From positions 5,269 through 69,268 of the forward strand of contig JAAYGU010000104.1 of NCBI GenBank assembly GCA_012727535.1: a stretch of 64,000 bases of DNA, in the 5' to 3' direction. Position numbers and translations under genes: made by a program. How positions within the stretch are numbered: the first letter of the stretch is position 1; each line of letters begins with the position of its first letter. Source of the stretch: Bacillota bacterium. Its GTDB lineage: Bacteria; Bacillota; UBA4882; UBA10575. Below are positions 36,762-45,392 of this stretch, in pieces. The notes beneath the pieces were generated by a model. It was not told the DNA's origin, searched no databases, and saw only the letters and a program-made list of their open reading frames with translations.

Positions 36762-37676
36762 ATGCCGGGTAAAGACTGGCGGGCGGAGTTGATTGCGGCT
36801 GTTCAGCCGGAAAACTATCGGTATGATGAACCAATGTCTCGTCATACTTCCTTTCGCATTGGGGGACCGGCGGATTTAATGATTGAAGTGGAAACCCCCG
36901 ACGAACTGGCGCGGACAGTGGAGTATTGTCGGAAATCCGGAATTTTCTGGTTTTTACTAGGTCGCGGAACCAATCTCCTGGTGAAAGATGAAGGAATCCG
37001 GGGGGTTGTGCTGAAATTGGGGAGAGAATTTTCCCGGATTTCAGTGGAAGGGAAGAAGATTAGAGTGGGAGCAGCTGTTTCTCTAGCGAAGGTAGCCGAA
37101 CAGGCCGCTCGTAACGGGTTGGCTGGTTTAGAATTTGCTTCAGGGATTCCCGGGAGTGTTGGCGGGGCAGTCTTTATGAATGCCGGGGCCTACGGGCGGG
37201 AGATGCAGGATGTAGTGAGCGCCGTCCATCTTTACCGACCGGGTAAAGGTTTTAGTATATACCGCCGGGAGAAACTGGGGTTTTCTTATCGCTCCAGTCG
37301 CTTGCAGACAGAAGAGGCCATCTGTTTGGAGGTGGTTCTGGAGTTGGCCGCCGGCGAGGAAGCCCAGATTCGGCAAGAGATGGGAGAGCTGAACAGCCGA
37401 CGCCGGGAGAAACAACCTATGGAGTATCCGAGTGCAGGTAGTGTCTTTAAACGACCGCCAGGCGATTTTGCCGGTCGGTTGATCGAGGAAGCCGGGCTTA
37501 AAGGGAAGCAAGTCGGCCAAGCTCAAGTGGCTCCGAAACACGCCGGGTTCATTATCAACCTGGGCGGGGCGGCTGCACAGGATGTTTTGGATTTGATGGC
37601 TTTGGTGCGGGAGGAAGTTCACCGTAAAAGCGGTGTCTGGCTAGAACCGGAGATCCGGGTTTTGGGAGATGACTGA
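36762..37676 (+). CDS. murB: UDP-N-acetylenolpyruvoylglucosamine reductase
   Basis: MurB FAD-binding and C-terminal motifs (TSFRIGGPADL, LGRGTNLL, GSVFKRP). ATG 36762 follows AAAGGAGAG. Confidence 0.92.
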   Translation: MPGKDWRAELIAAVQPENYRYDEPMSRHTSFRIGGPADLMIEVETPDELARTVEYCRKSGIFWFLLGRGTNLLVKDEGIRGVVLKLGREFSRISVEGKKIRVGAAVSLAKVAEQAARNGLAGLEFASGIPGSVGGAVFMNAGAYGREMQDVVSAVHLYRPGKGFSIYRREKLGFSYRSSRLQTEEAICLEVVLELAAGEEAQIRQEMGELNSRRREKQPMEYPSAGSVFKRPPGDFAGRLIEEAGLKGKQVGQAQVAPKHAGFIINLGGAAAQDVLDLMALVREEVHRKSGVWLEPEIRVLGDD

Positions 37677-37744
37677 CGTGTGATGAATAGTATTCGCCAA
37701 GAATACTCTACCAAGAAATTCAAGTCAGCGGAGAATACCATTCA

Positions 37745-37812
37745 GTCCGGCCAAGTAAAGGCTTGCGTAGGCTGTCTGTTATTACGAGCGACGAGTGACG
37801 AGCGACGAGGCG
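37745..37812 (+). promoter_or_regulatory. Element tail plus tandem heptad GAG module
   Basis: CCGGCCAAGTAAAGGCTTGCGTAGG aligns with the tail of copy C (CCGGCTAGGTAAATGCTTGCCAAAGAGG). It is followed by ACGAGCGACGAGTGACGAGCGACGAGG, with GAG at 37786, 37793, 37800 and 37807. Confidence 0.5.
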
Positions 37813-37875
37813 GGGAATAAATTCCAGGAGGAGCCTCTGGAAAAAAGGAGAAAGAACTCTCCGGGAGGCGATGAC

Positions 37876-38928
37876 GTGAAAAATCATGGCTTGAAAATAC
37901 TGCAACGAACTAGATTTCCTTTATACTTATGTTTTTTAATGCTAATTACATTATTGGTCGGTCGTCCCCTGTTGAGTAGTGCGCAAAATGAAGTGAAGCT
38001 CGAACGGTTGATTTCAGGAGAATATGATGTCTGGGGTATAGATTGGCGGTCGGATGGGAGAATCGTTTTTTCCGGAAAAAAAGAAGGAGAAATCGGTGGG
38101 CAGATGCGGATTTGGTTGTACCGTCCGGGTCCGGATAACTCACCGGTCTTGTGGACCGGAACCGGTAGTCTGGTAGACTCCTCACCGAAATGGGCACCAG
38201 ACGAAAGCGGAGTGGTGATGGTGAGAAAGATTGTTCCGAGTTCATCCGCGCGTCAGATGCAGACTGCGATTTGGTGGAAGGCTTTTCCTTCGGGCGAAGG
38301 ATTACGGTTGACGACCGGTCCGGAAGACCGGGACCCGGCTTGGTCGCCTGATGGGGAGAGGATTGTCTTTGTGCGGGGAGATGGCCTCTATACTTCTTCC
38401 TTACTGACGATAAACAGAAATGGTACTGGGCTTACTACCCTCATCCATAACTGTCAGGGGTTTATTACTACACCGGATTGGGGGAAAAACAATAAGCTTT
38501 ACTACACAATGTTGCAACCGCGGAAGACGGCAGTACAAACGGATAGTTTAACCGCGGAATGTTGGGGTTTGGATCAGGGACGGATCTGGGTCTATGATCC
38601 CGATACTGGTGAGAATCGGCCTCTCCTTGAGGAAGAAAAGGGGAATGATCACCGGCATCCGGCGGTCTCACCCAGCGGGCGATACCTGGCTTATATTGCG
38701 ACTCGCGGCGGTGACGGACCAGAAAAGAGGGTCATCCGCGATCGGGGAAGCCTGATTGTTTTGGATCTGGAGACGGGAGAGCGGTTTCATGTCACTGACG
38801 GAGTGAGCCTCAACGGCGGTTCTCCCTGTTGGAGTCCTGATGAGAAACAGATTGCCTTTCTCAGTTTCCGGGATAATCGGCCGGCTGCCTGGAAGATTGA
38901 ATGGGAGAAATATGCAGTTCAGGAATGA
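37876..38928 (+). CDS. TolB-like PD40/WD40 beta-propeller protein with signal anchor
   Basis: Repeated PD40 motifs (SPKWAPDESG, DPAWSPDGERIVF, HPAVSPSGRYLAY, SPCWSPDEKQIAF). GTG 37876 lies 7 nt after GGGAGG. The ORF-track extension covers the GAG module. Confidence 0.7.
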   Translation: MKNHGLKILQRTRFPLYLCFLMLITLLVGRPLLSSAQNEVKLERLISGEYDVWGIDWRSDGRIVFSGKKEGEIGGQMRIWLYRPGPDNSPVLWTGTGSLVDSSPKWAPDESGVVMVRKIVPSSSARQMQTAIWWKAFPSGEGLRLTTGPEDRDPAWSPDGERIVFVRGDGLYTSSLLTINRNGTGLTTLIHNCQGFITTPDWGKNNKLYYTMLQPRKTAVQTDSLTAECWGLDQGRIWVYDPDTGENRPLLEEEKGNDHRHPAVSPSGRYLAYIATRGGDGPEKRVIRDRGSLIVLDLETGERFHVTDGVSLNGGSPCWSPDEKQIAFLSFRDNRPAAWKIEWEKYAVQE

Positions 38929-38975
38929 CTGCGTCATATTTTTGGATTAATCTTGAATAGTGGCCTTATAGAGCT

Positions 38976-39017
38976 AACCACAGAATAACGAAAATTGTTA
39001 ACCTGTGGTTCTTTTTT
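38976..39017 (+). terminator. Rho-independent terminator
   Basis: AACCACAG (38976-38983) pairs with CTGTGGTT (39003-39010), with an inner TAAC/GTTA pairing, followed by a T-run. Confidence 0.75.
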
Positions 39018-39061
39018 AATCTCTGATTTTATGTAATAATGATGGCAAGAGGTAAAAGGTT

Positions 39062-40519
39062 ATGCTTGGTGACTTTAAAATTGAACAGGGGAGACCAACC
39101 TATATTCAGCTTAAAGAGTATCTAAAGCGCCAGATTCTGAATGGTCTTTGGCAAGCGGGGGAACGCCTCCCTTCTACCAGGGAATTGGCCGCGGTCCTTC
39201 AGATTGGGCGGAACACAGTAATCCAGGCCTACCAGGATCTAGAGGAAGAAGGGTTTATTTATACGGTGGGTGGTCAGGGTTCGTTTGTGGCCGAAGTTGC
39301 GGTCAAACAGGGACCCGTAACTCTGCTTAACTGGTCGGGGATCATCACGCCGCAGGCCGTTTCTGCTGTGAATTTGGATATTGAAAAGACGGAGCTAAAA
39401 TGGGAAAGGGGCATGCTTTCTTTTAAGAGTATTGCTCCGGACGGGGATCTCTTTGAAACGGAGGATTTCAAGAAAGCCTTTCTGGACCGTTTTGCGCTGG
39501 AAGGTGCTAAGATCCTGAATTACGGTTATGCAAAAGGGTATAAACCTCTCCTTGATTATTTGGTTAATTACCTAAAAAATAAAGGGGTGGATCCGGAAGG
39601 AAAGGATCTGATCATTACCAACGGGTTTACGGAGGGACTGAACTTAGTCTTATCCGGGATCTGCCGACCGGGGGATGGGGTAGTAACGGAGAACCCAACC
39701 CACAATACAGCGTTGAAAATTATGAAACTTCGGGGGTTAAAGATTCATGGAATCCGGATGGAGGAAGATGGTTTAGACCTGGAGCAACTGGAAAGAGTAC
39801 TGGCCAGTGAACCAATCAAAGCAGGTTTTCTCATTCCTTCCTACCATAACCCGACTGGACTGGTGATGGCGCCGGAGAAACGCCTGGAGGTATTGGAGGT
39901 CTTCTCCCATTATCAGGTGCCGATTATTGAGGATGGTTTTAATGAAGAACTGCGTTATTCCGGTTCGCATGTCGCCCCGCTACTAGCTTTGGCCGGGCGG
40001 GGAAACAATGTTGTCTATATCGGCAGTTTCTCCAAGATTCTCTTTCCGGGTCTGCGCCTTGGTTGGGTGATGGGTGATGCAGAGTTGATTGCCGTCCTTG
40101 AGAGTGTCAAGAGAAGCATGAATATTCATACTACCTTTTTGGATCAAGCCCTCCTCTTTGAGTATTTACAGAATGGCTCTTTTGAGAAATACCTCCGCCG
40201 CGCCCGGAAGTTATACCGGCAGCGGCATGAGGACGCGGTCCGGTTGGCTTCGGCCTTGATCCCCCACCGCCGCATCTGGGGTGAAGGCGGGCTGCACATC
40301 TTTGTGGAGTTGGAAGAAGGGATCAATGCGCGAGAAGTCTTGGTGGAATGTTACCGCCGGGGGGTTTTGTTTATGCCGGGAGACCTTTTTTACACTGATG
40401 GGCAAGGCCAGAATACTTTTCGTTTGGGCATCGCCCGGGTCACCGCCGAGCAAATGAGGGAAGGGTTTGGCCTGATTGGGCAGGTAATTTTGGAGTTGGA
40501 GGCGAGAAAAAATGCGTAG
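39062..40519 (+). CDS. MocR/GabR-type regulator (GntR HTH fused to an aminotransferase-like domain)
   Basis: N-terminal winged HTH (LPSTRELAAVLQIGRNTVIQAY) and a fold-type I PLP domain (SFSKILFPGLRLGW). Confidence 0.85.
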   Translation: MLGDFKIEQGRPTYIQLKEYLKRQILNGLWQAGERLPSTRELAAVLQIGRNTVIQAYQDLEEEGFIYTVGGQGSFVAEVAVKQGPVTLLNWSGIITPQAVSAVNLDIEKTELKWERGMLSFKSIAPDGDLFETEDFKKAFLDRFALEGAKILNYGYAKGYKPLLDYLVNYLKNKGVDPEGKDLIITNGFTEGLNLVLSGICRPGDGVVTENPTHNTALKIMKLRGLKIHGIRMEEDGLDLEQLERVLASEPIKAGFLIPSYHNPTGLVMAPEKRLEVLEVFSHYQVPIIEDGFNEELRYSGSHVAPLLALAGRGNNVVYIGSFSKILFPGLRLGWVMGDAELIAVLESVKRSMNIHTTFLDQALLFEYLQNGSFEKYLRRARKLYRQRHEDAVRLASALIPHRRIWGEGGLHIFVELEEGINAREVLVECYRRGVLFMPGDLFYTDGQGQNTFRLGIARVTAEQMREGFGLIGQVILELEARKNA

Positions 40520-41750
40520 TTTTGAAAAGTCAAGCAAACTTGAGCATGTCTGTTACGATATCCGGGGTCCGGTGATGGACGAAGCCAATCGTTTAGAGGC
40601 GGCCGGCCATAAGATCTTAAAGTTAAATATCGGGAATCCGGCTCCTTTTGGTTTTCACGCTCCGGAGGAGATTCTACAAGCAGTGAATGATAACCTCCAG
40701 CATGCGGAGGGATATGTGGATTCTAAAGGGCTCCTCTCCGCCCGTCAGGCGATTAAGCAGTACTGTTTGGCGAAGGGGATTACTGGGGTGGAAGTTGATG
40801 ATATTTATATCGGAAACGGTGTTAGTGAGCTGATCACCTCTTCGATGCATGCTCTTTTAAATAACGGGGATGAAATTTTAATCCCGGCGCCGGATTATCC
40901 GCTCTGGACGGCCGCTGTCACCCTGGCCGGTGGTAAGGCCGTGCACTATCTTTGTGATGAAGCGGCGGACTGGTATCCTGATCTCAAAGATATTGAACGG
41001 AAGATTACACCGAAGACGAAAGGGATTGTGGTGATTAATCCGAATAATCCGACCGGCGCGGTCTATCCGCCTGATTTGTTGCAAAAACTTGTCGAGCTTG
41101 CGGCCGCCCATGAACTGATCGTTTTTGCCGATGAAATTTACGACCAGATCCTCTACGATGGGGTAGAGCATACCTCAATTGCCTCCCTCTCCGATCAAGT
41201 TTTATTCGTGACGATGAATGGGCTTTCCAAGTCCCACCGGATTGCTGGTTTTCGGGTCGGTTGGATGGTGGTGAGCGGTAAGAAGGAGAACGCCGCGGGG
41301 TATATCGAAGGCTTAAATATGCTGGCTTCCATGCGTCTATGCAGCAATGTGCCGGCTCAGTATGCGATTAAGCCGGCTTTGAACGAGCCCCAAAGCATTA
41401 AGGATTTAACTCAACCGGGCGGGCGTCTTTATACCCAGATGGAATACGCCTGGCGCCGGATTAACCAGATTCCTGGAGTTTCTTGTGTCAGACCGAAAGG
41501 AGCATTCTATCTTTTCCCCAAGGTTGATACGGCGCGGTTTAACATTACCGATGATCAGCAGTTTGTCGCTGATTTTCTCACCGCGGAGAAGGTACTCTTA
41601 GTACAAGGAACCGGTTTTAACTGGCCGCACCCCGATCACTTCCGCGTGGTGCTGTTACCGGAGATCGAGGTGATCAGTTCGGCCTTTGACCGGCTAGAGA
41701 AGTTTCTAGCCACTTATGACCAGAGTAGACAGGTGCGGAAGGTGGGGTAA
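40512..41750 (+). CDS. Class I aminotransferase, AlaA-like alanine/glutamate-pyruvate aminotransferase
   Basis: The N-terminus SSKLEHVCYDIRGPVMDEANRLEAAGHKILKLNIGNPAPFGF closely resembles the AlaA family. The PLP lysine lies in NGLSKSHR. Confidence 0.85.
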   Translation: MRSFEKSSKLEHVCYDIRGPVMDEANRLEAAGHKILKLNIGNPAPFGFHAPEEILQAVNDNLQHAEGYVDSKGLLSARQAIKQYCLAKGITGVEVDDIYIGNGVSELITSSMHALLNNGDEILIPAPDYPLWTAAVTLAGGKAVHYLCDEAADWYPDLKDIERKITPKTKGIVVINPNNPTGAVYPPDLLQKLVELAAAHELIVFADEIYDQILYDGVEHTSIASLSDQVLFVTMNGLSKSHRIAGFRVGWMVVSGKKENAAGYIEGLNMLASMRLCSNVPAQYAIKPALNEPQSIKDLTQPGGRLYTQMEYAWRRINQIPGVSCVRPKGAFYLFPKVDTARFNITDDQQFVADFLTAEKVLLVQGTGFNWPHPDHFRVVLLPEIEVISSAFDRLEKFLATYDQSRQVRKVG

Positions 41751-41805
41751 GTAGCGGGTCAAACTTCGTCCACCTTGCTTTAGGCGGAGCAATTTAGAGA
41801 TTAAA

Positions 41806-41845
41806 GGGGCATAATCCGAAGCCGGATTTATGCCCTTTTTTCTTT
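41806..41845 (+). terminator. Rho-independent terminator
   Basis: GGGCATAATCCG pairs with CGGATTTATGCCC (one bulge), followed by TTTTTTCTTTT. Confidence 0.85.
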
Positions 41846-42055
41846 TCCAAACCACTTAATTTAGTCTTTAAGGCGGAGCCTTTACGACTGGCGCTCGTCA
41901 TAAAGATTAAAAAATTTAAAAGCACGGACGTTGGGAGGAGGGTCGCCGGTATTTTTAACAAAGGCACTTAATATATTTGAGGAAGGGTATAGCCTGCCCG
42001 TAATGGTTGGGAAATAAAAATTTCGTAAACAAACCATTTCTATCCGTACATTGTA

Positions 42056-42085
42056 TTGACGGAGTAGGGGAGATGGTGGTAATAT
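42056..42085 (+). promoter_or_regulatory. Promoter of the tetR-efflux operon
   Basis: TTGACG (42056-42061), an 18-nt spacer ending in TGG, then TAATAT (42080-42085). Confidence 0.55.
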
Positions 42086-42097
42086 GTGCCTGACTGA

Positions 42098-42113
42098 CCG
42101 ACCGTTCGGTCGG
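42098..42113 (+). promoter_or_regulatory. Palindromic operator candidate for the TetR repressor
   Basis: CCGACCG-TT-CGGTCGG has 14 of 16 positions self-complementary and starts 12 nt after the -10 box. Confidence 0.55.
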
Positions 42114-42129
42114 GGGGAGGTGGCCAAGA

Positions 42130-42783
42130 ATGACAACCGAAGAGCAGTTGGTAGAGTTGCCAGAAATAGAGACCAAAGAGCGAATTCTCGCAGCTGCTCT
42201 GAAGATCTTTGGAGAAAAGGGTTATCATCCGACGACGATGGCGGAGATCGCGGAAGCGGCCAATGTCGGAAAAGGGACCTTATACTGGTATTTTTCCAGT
42301 AAAGAAGATTTGTTCTCCGGGATCATAGAGCAGTTGATCCAGACGATTAATTTGAAACTCCGGTCGGTACTGGAAGCCAATGAGCACCCCTTTCCGGAGT
42401 TGCTGCTGACTTTTACGAAGGTCTTTCTCGATTATTCATATAACCAACGGCAGCTCTCGCGGATTTTTATGGGTGGTGGTCCACTGGGTTTAAGTAATGA
42501 GCTCCGGGACAGGATGTTCAGCTGGCACAGGGAGTTTCTTGAGATTAATATCGAACTCATCCAACGGGGTTTAAAAGAGGGTTTCTTTAGTCCGTCGTTG
42601 GAAGTGGAAAAAGTGGTGACCGCTTTTACCGGGCTCCTGTTTGCCTTTGGTGGCAGGCAGTTTATGGAGGAAAATTGGAACCAGGTGGATGCCGAAGCCG
42701 TTTTTATTAGAGATTTGATCATCCAGGGGATTACTCAGCAAGAAAAGAGTAGGGAGGGTTGTGACGGTGAAGAGAATCAATAA
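42130..42783 (+). CDS. TetR/AcrR family transcriptional regulator
   Basis: HTH segment ILAAALKIFGEKGYHPTTMAEIAEAANVGKGTLYWYF. Confidence 0.9.
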   Translation: MTTEEQLVELPEIETKERILAAALKIFGEKGYHPTTMAEIAEAANVGKGTLYWYFSSKEDLFSGIIEQLIQTINLKLRSVLEANEHPFPELLLTFTKVFLDYSYNQRQLSRIFMGGGPLGLSNELRDRMFSWHREFLEINIELIQRGLKEGFFSPSLEVEKVVTAFTGLLFAFGGRQFMEENWNQVDAEAVFIRDLIIQGITQQEKSREGCDGEENQ

Positions 42784-44149
42784 ATTTTTTAGCATGCTTA
42801 CACTTTTGCTCTTACTTTCCTGTAGCGCCTGGCCTCCGGTACTGGCTGCGGAAGTAGAAGCGATTAGTCTGGCAGAGGCGCTCCAGATGGCGCTGGCCAA
42901 TCCATATAATCTAGGGGCCAGCAGTGCGACTGTGGCCGTGGCCGAAGCCCAGAAGAAGAAGGCAGAAGCTGGCCGCTGGCCGTCACTTGGTTTGAGCACT
43001 AATTATACAAGGATTGGACCACATACGATGGCGTACACGATGTTTGTTCCTGACCCCAGTGCACCGGATGGATATAGAATAGTTTCACTCCCAATCGAGG
43101 CCGGGGCGACTGATACTTACTCGACCAGCCTTAATCTCCAGTTACCGGTTTATATGGGTGGGAAACTGGCGTCCGCCACGGAGATGGCGCGCTTGGGTTT
43201 ACATACGGCCGAAATCGACTATCAGGCGGAATATCAGGATCTGATTTACCGGGTAATCCAGGCTTACATCGGTGTCTTAAAAGCCGATGGGATGGTGGAA
43301 CTCAGTAAGGGCCAGATTAAACTGCTGAAAGAGCACCAGAAGTTGATTGAGACGAATCTGAGCCTCGGTTATGCAACCAAGAGCGATTTAATGGAGACGA
43401 AGATTAGACTGACCCAGGCAGAGTTAGGTGCGGTCAAAGCGGAGCATGGTAAGAAGTTGGCCCTCGAAAACCTCTGCAATCTGTTGGGCATCGCCCCCCA
43501 GGAAGTGGTCTTAACTTCAAAACCGGTGTTGGCGGAGCGCGCTCATCTCCCCGAATTAGAAGAGGTCTTACGCCGGGCGGAGGAAGGAAGGCCGGAGCTT
43601 AAAAAACTGGAGACCGCTGTCCGTATTGCCGAGGAAAGCCTCCAATTGAGTAAAAAATATTGGCATCCGAATCTGGTGATGATCGGCTCCTACGGTACGC
43701 AAAACCAGGATCGGCCGACCTTTGAAGATGCGGTGTGGAGTTTTACTCTGAATTTAGACTGGAAATTCTTTGATGCCGGTGCCGGAAAAGCAGGGATCAG
43801 AGAGGCCGAAGCCAACCTGCAAACACTTAAATTCCAGCTGGCACAGGTCCGCGATTTACTCAAACTGGAAGTCCGCCAAAAATATCTGGCGGTTACCGAG
43901 GCCGCGCGGGTATTGGCCTTAACCGAACTCAGTCAGCAGCAAGCCGCCGAGAATTATGAGATTTTGAAAGTTAAATTCGAGTTAGGTGCGGCCACGAATT
44001 TGGAGTTATTATCTGCACAGAACACCTTGAACATGACGCTAAACGACTATTTATATGCAGAGTATGATTATTACTTAGCGGTCTCAGATTTGTACAAAGC
44101 AATGGGCGAAACGGAGAAATTCATGTTGGAGGTAAGTGAAGATGCGTAA
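42767..44149 (+). CDS. TolC-family outer membrane efflux protein
   Basis: Signal peptide, two OEP repeats with coiled-coil segments, and efflux operon context. GTG 42767 lies 8 nt after GGAGGG. Confidence 0.8.
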   Translation: MKRINKFFSMLTLLLLLSCSAWPPVLAAEVEAISLAEALQMALANPYNLGASSATVAVAEAQKKKAEAGRWPSLGLSTNYTRIGPHTMAYTMFVPDPSAPDGYRIVSLPIEAGATDTYSTSLNLQLPVYMGGKLASATEMARLGLHTAEIDYQAEYQDLIYRVIQAYIGVLKADGMVELSKGQIKLLKEHQKLIETNLSLGYATKSDLMETKIRLTQAELGAVKAEHGKKLALENLCNLLGIAPQEVVLTSKPVLAERAHLPELEEVLRRAEEGRPELKKLETAVRIAEESLQLSKKYWHPNLVMIGSYGTQNQDRPTFEDAVWSFTLNLDWKFFDAGAGKAGIREAEANLQTLKFQLAQVRDLLKLEVRQKYLAVTEAARVLALTELSQQQAAENYEILKVKFELGAATNLELLSAQNTLNMTLNDYLYAEYDYYLAVSDLYKAMGETEKFMLEVSEDA

Positions 44150-45392
44150 ATTTTTGGTGATCGTGCTCATTATTCTGGTCGTTGGTGCCCTTGGTCTCCT
44201 CCTGACCGGCGGTCCGGCGCGTAAAGCGATACAGATGGTTAACGAAGAGCAAACGGCAGCGCGGTTTGCCGTAGAGGTAGTGGAGGTGACGAGAGGAGAT
44301 CTCAAACAAACCACGGCTTTAAATGTGACGTTCGCCCCAGAAAGTAGTGTCCCGATTATTGCCAAGACCGGAGGGACCGTGACACAAGTGATGGTGGCGA
44401 TTGGAGACCGGGTGACCAAAGGACAAACGCTTTTTACCATTGATGATCATCATTTACAGTTGCAGGTCAAACAGGCGGAAGCAGCTTATGAAATGGCTTG
44501 TGCCAATTTGGCTCAGGTGCAAAAAGGTGTATCCGCTGAGGAAATGAAACAGATCGAGTCGCTGGTCCAGCAGGCGAAAGCTTCGTATGAGAATGTCAGT
44601 GCCGAAAGTAAGCGGATGGAGGAGTTATTCCAGCGGGGGATGATCACCCAGCAGCAATTAGAGGCTGTTCAACTGCAAAAAGAAATTGCCGCCACTAATC
44701 TGACCTCAGCCGAGGCCAGGTTAACCGCGGCGCAGAAAGGAGCTTCTCCAGAACAGCTTGATATTCTGCAAGCACAGGTTAGACAGGCAGAAATTGCCCT
44801 GGAAATGGCCAAATTACAGTTAAGCTATACCCGGGTGACGGCGCCGATTTCCGGGGTGATCGCTCAGTTTACGGTAGAAGTGGGGAGTATGGCCGCGCCT
44901 TCCGCTCCCGCCGGGCTAATTGTTGAGGACAGTAAAATGAAGGCGAAGGCTCTGGTTCCTGAGAGTTATGTTAATCTTTTGCGAGTCGGAGACAAGGTGG
45001 TTATTGAAGCCAAAGCCGTTCCGGGGATGAGCTTTGACGGGACGATCGCGGCCGTTACCCCGCTCGCCGATCAGACGACCCGGCAGTTCCCGGTGGAGAT
45101 TTCTGTGCTTAATCCGTCGAATCTGTTGAAAGCGGGCATGATGGGGACGGTTCATTTGACAATCGGTGAAGCCCGCGACCAGCTACTAATTCCGGTTGAT
45201 ACTGTTCTGTTTGAAGGCGAGCAAACTTATGCTTATGTAGTGGAAGATGGCTATGCGGTTCGCCGTACTTTGACGACCGGCCTCGATTCCGGGGGAATGA
45301 TTGCGGTGCTAGAAGGCCTGGCTGAGGGGGAGCAGGTGATCAGTCGCGGTCAACACCAGGTGAAAAACGGGATGTTAGTTGAGGTGAAATAG
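44142..45392 (+). CDS. RND efflux periplasmic adaptor (HlyD/MFP family)
   Basis: TM anchor, a lipoyl-like segment, a long coiled-coil hairpin, and the motif LSYTRVTAPISGVI. Confidence 0.88.
   Translation: MRKFLVIVLIILVVGALGLLLTGGPARKAIQMVNEEQTAARFAVEVVEVTRGDLKQTTALNVTFAPESSVPIIAKTGGTVTQVMVAIGDRVTKGQTLFTIDDHHLQLQVKQAEAAYEMACANLAQVQKGVSAEEMKQIESLVQQAKASYENVSAESKRMEELFQRGMITQQQLEAVQLQKEIAATNLTSAEARLTAAQKGASPEQLDILQAQVRQAEIALEMAKLQLSYTRVTAPISGVIAQFTVEVGSMAAPSAPAGLIVEDSKMKAKALVPESYVNLLRVGDKVVIEAKAVPGMSFDGTIAAVTPLADQTTRQFPVEISVLNPSNLLKAGMMGTVHLTIGEARDQLLIPVDTVLFEGEQTYAYVVEDGYAVRRTLTTGLDSGGMIAVLEGLAEGEQVISRGQHQVKNGMLVEVK

Noticed and set aside
36732-37875. ORF-track N-termini MTSDEKGELW (36732) and MTSDEAGNKF (37795).
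   Set aside because: Both arise from the CGACGAG leader modules. Proper SD-start pairs exist downstream, at 36762 and 37876.
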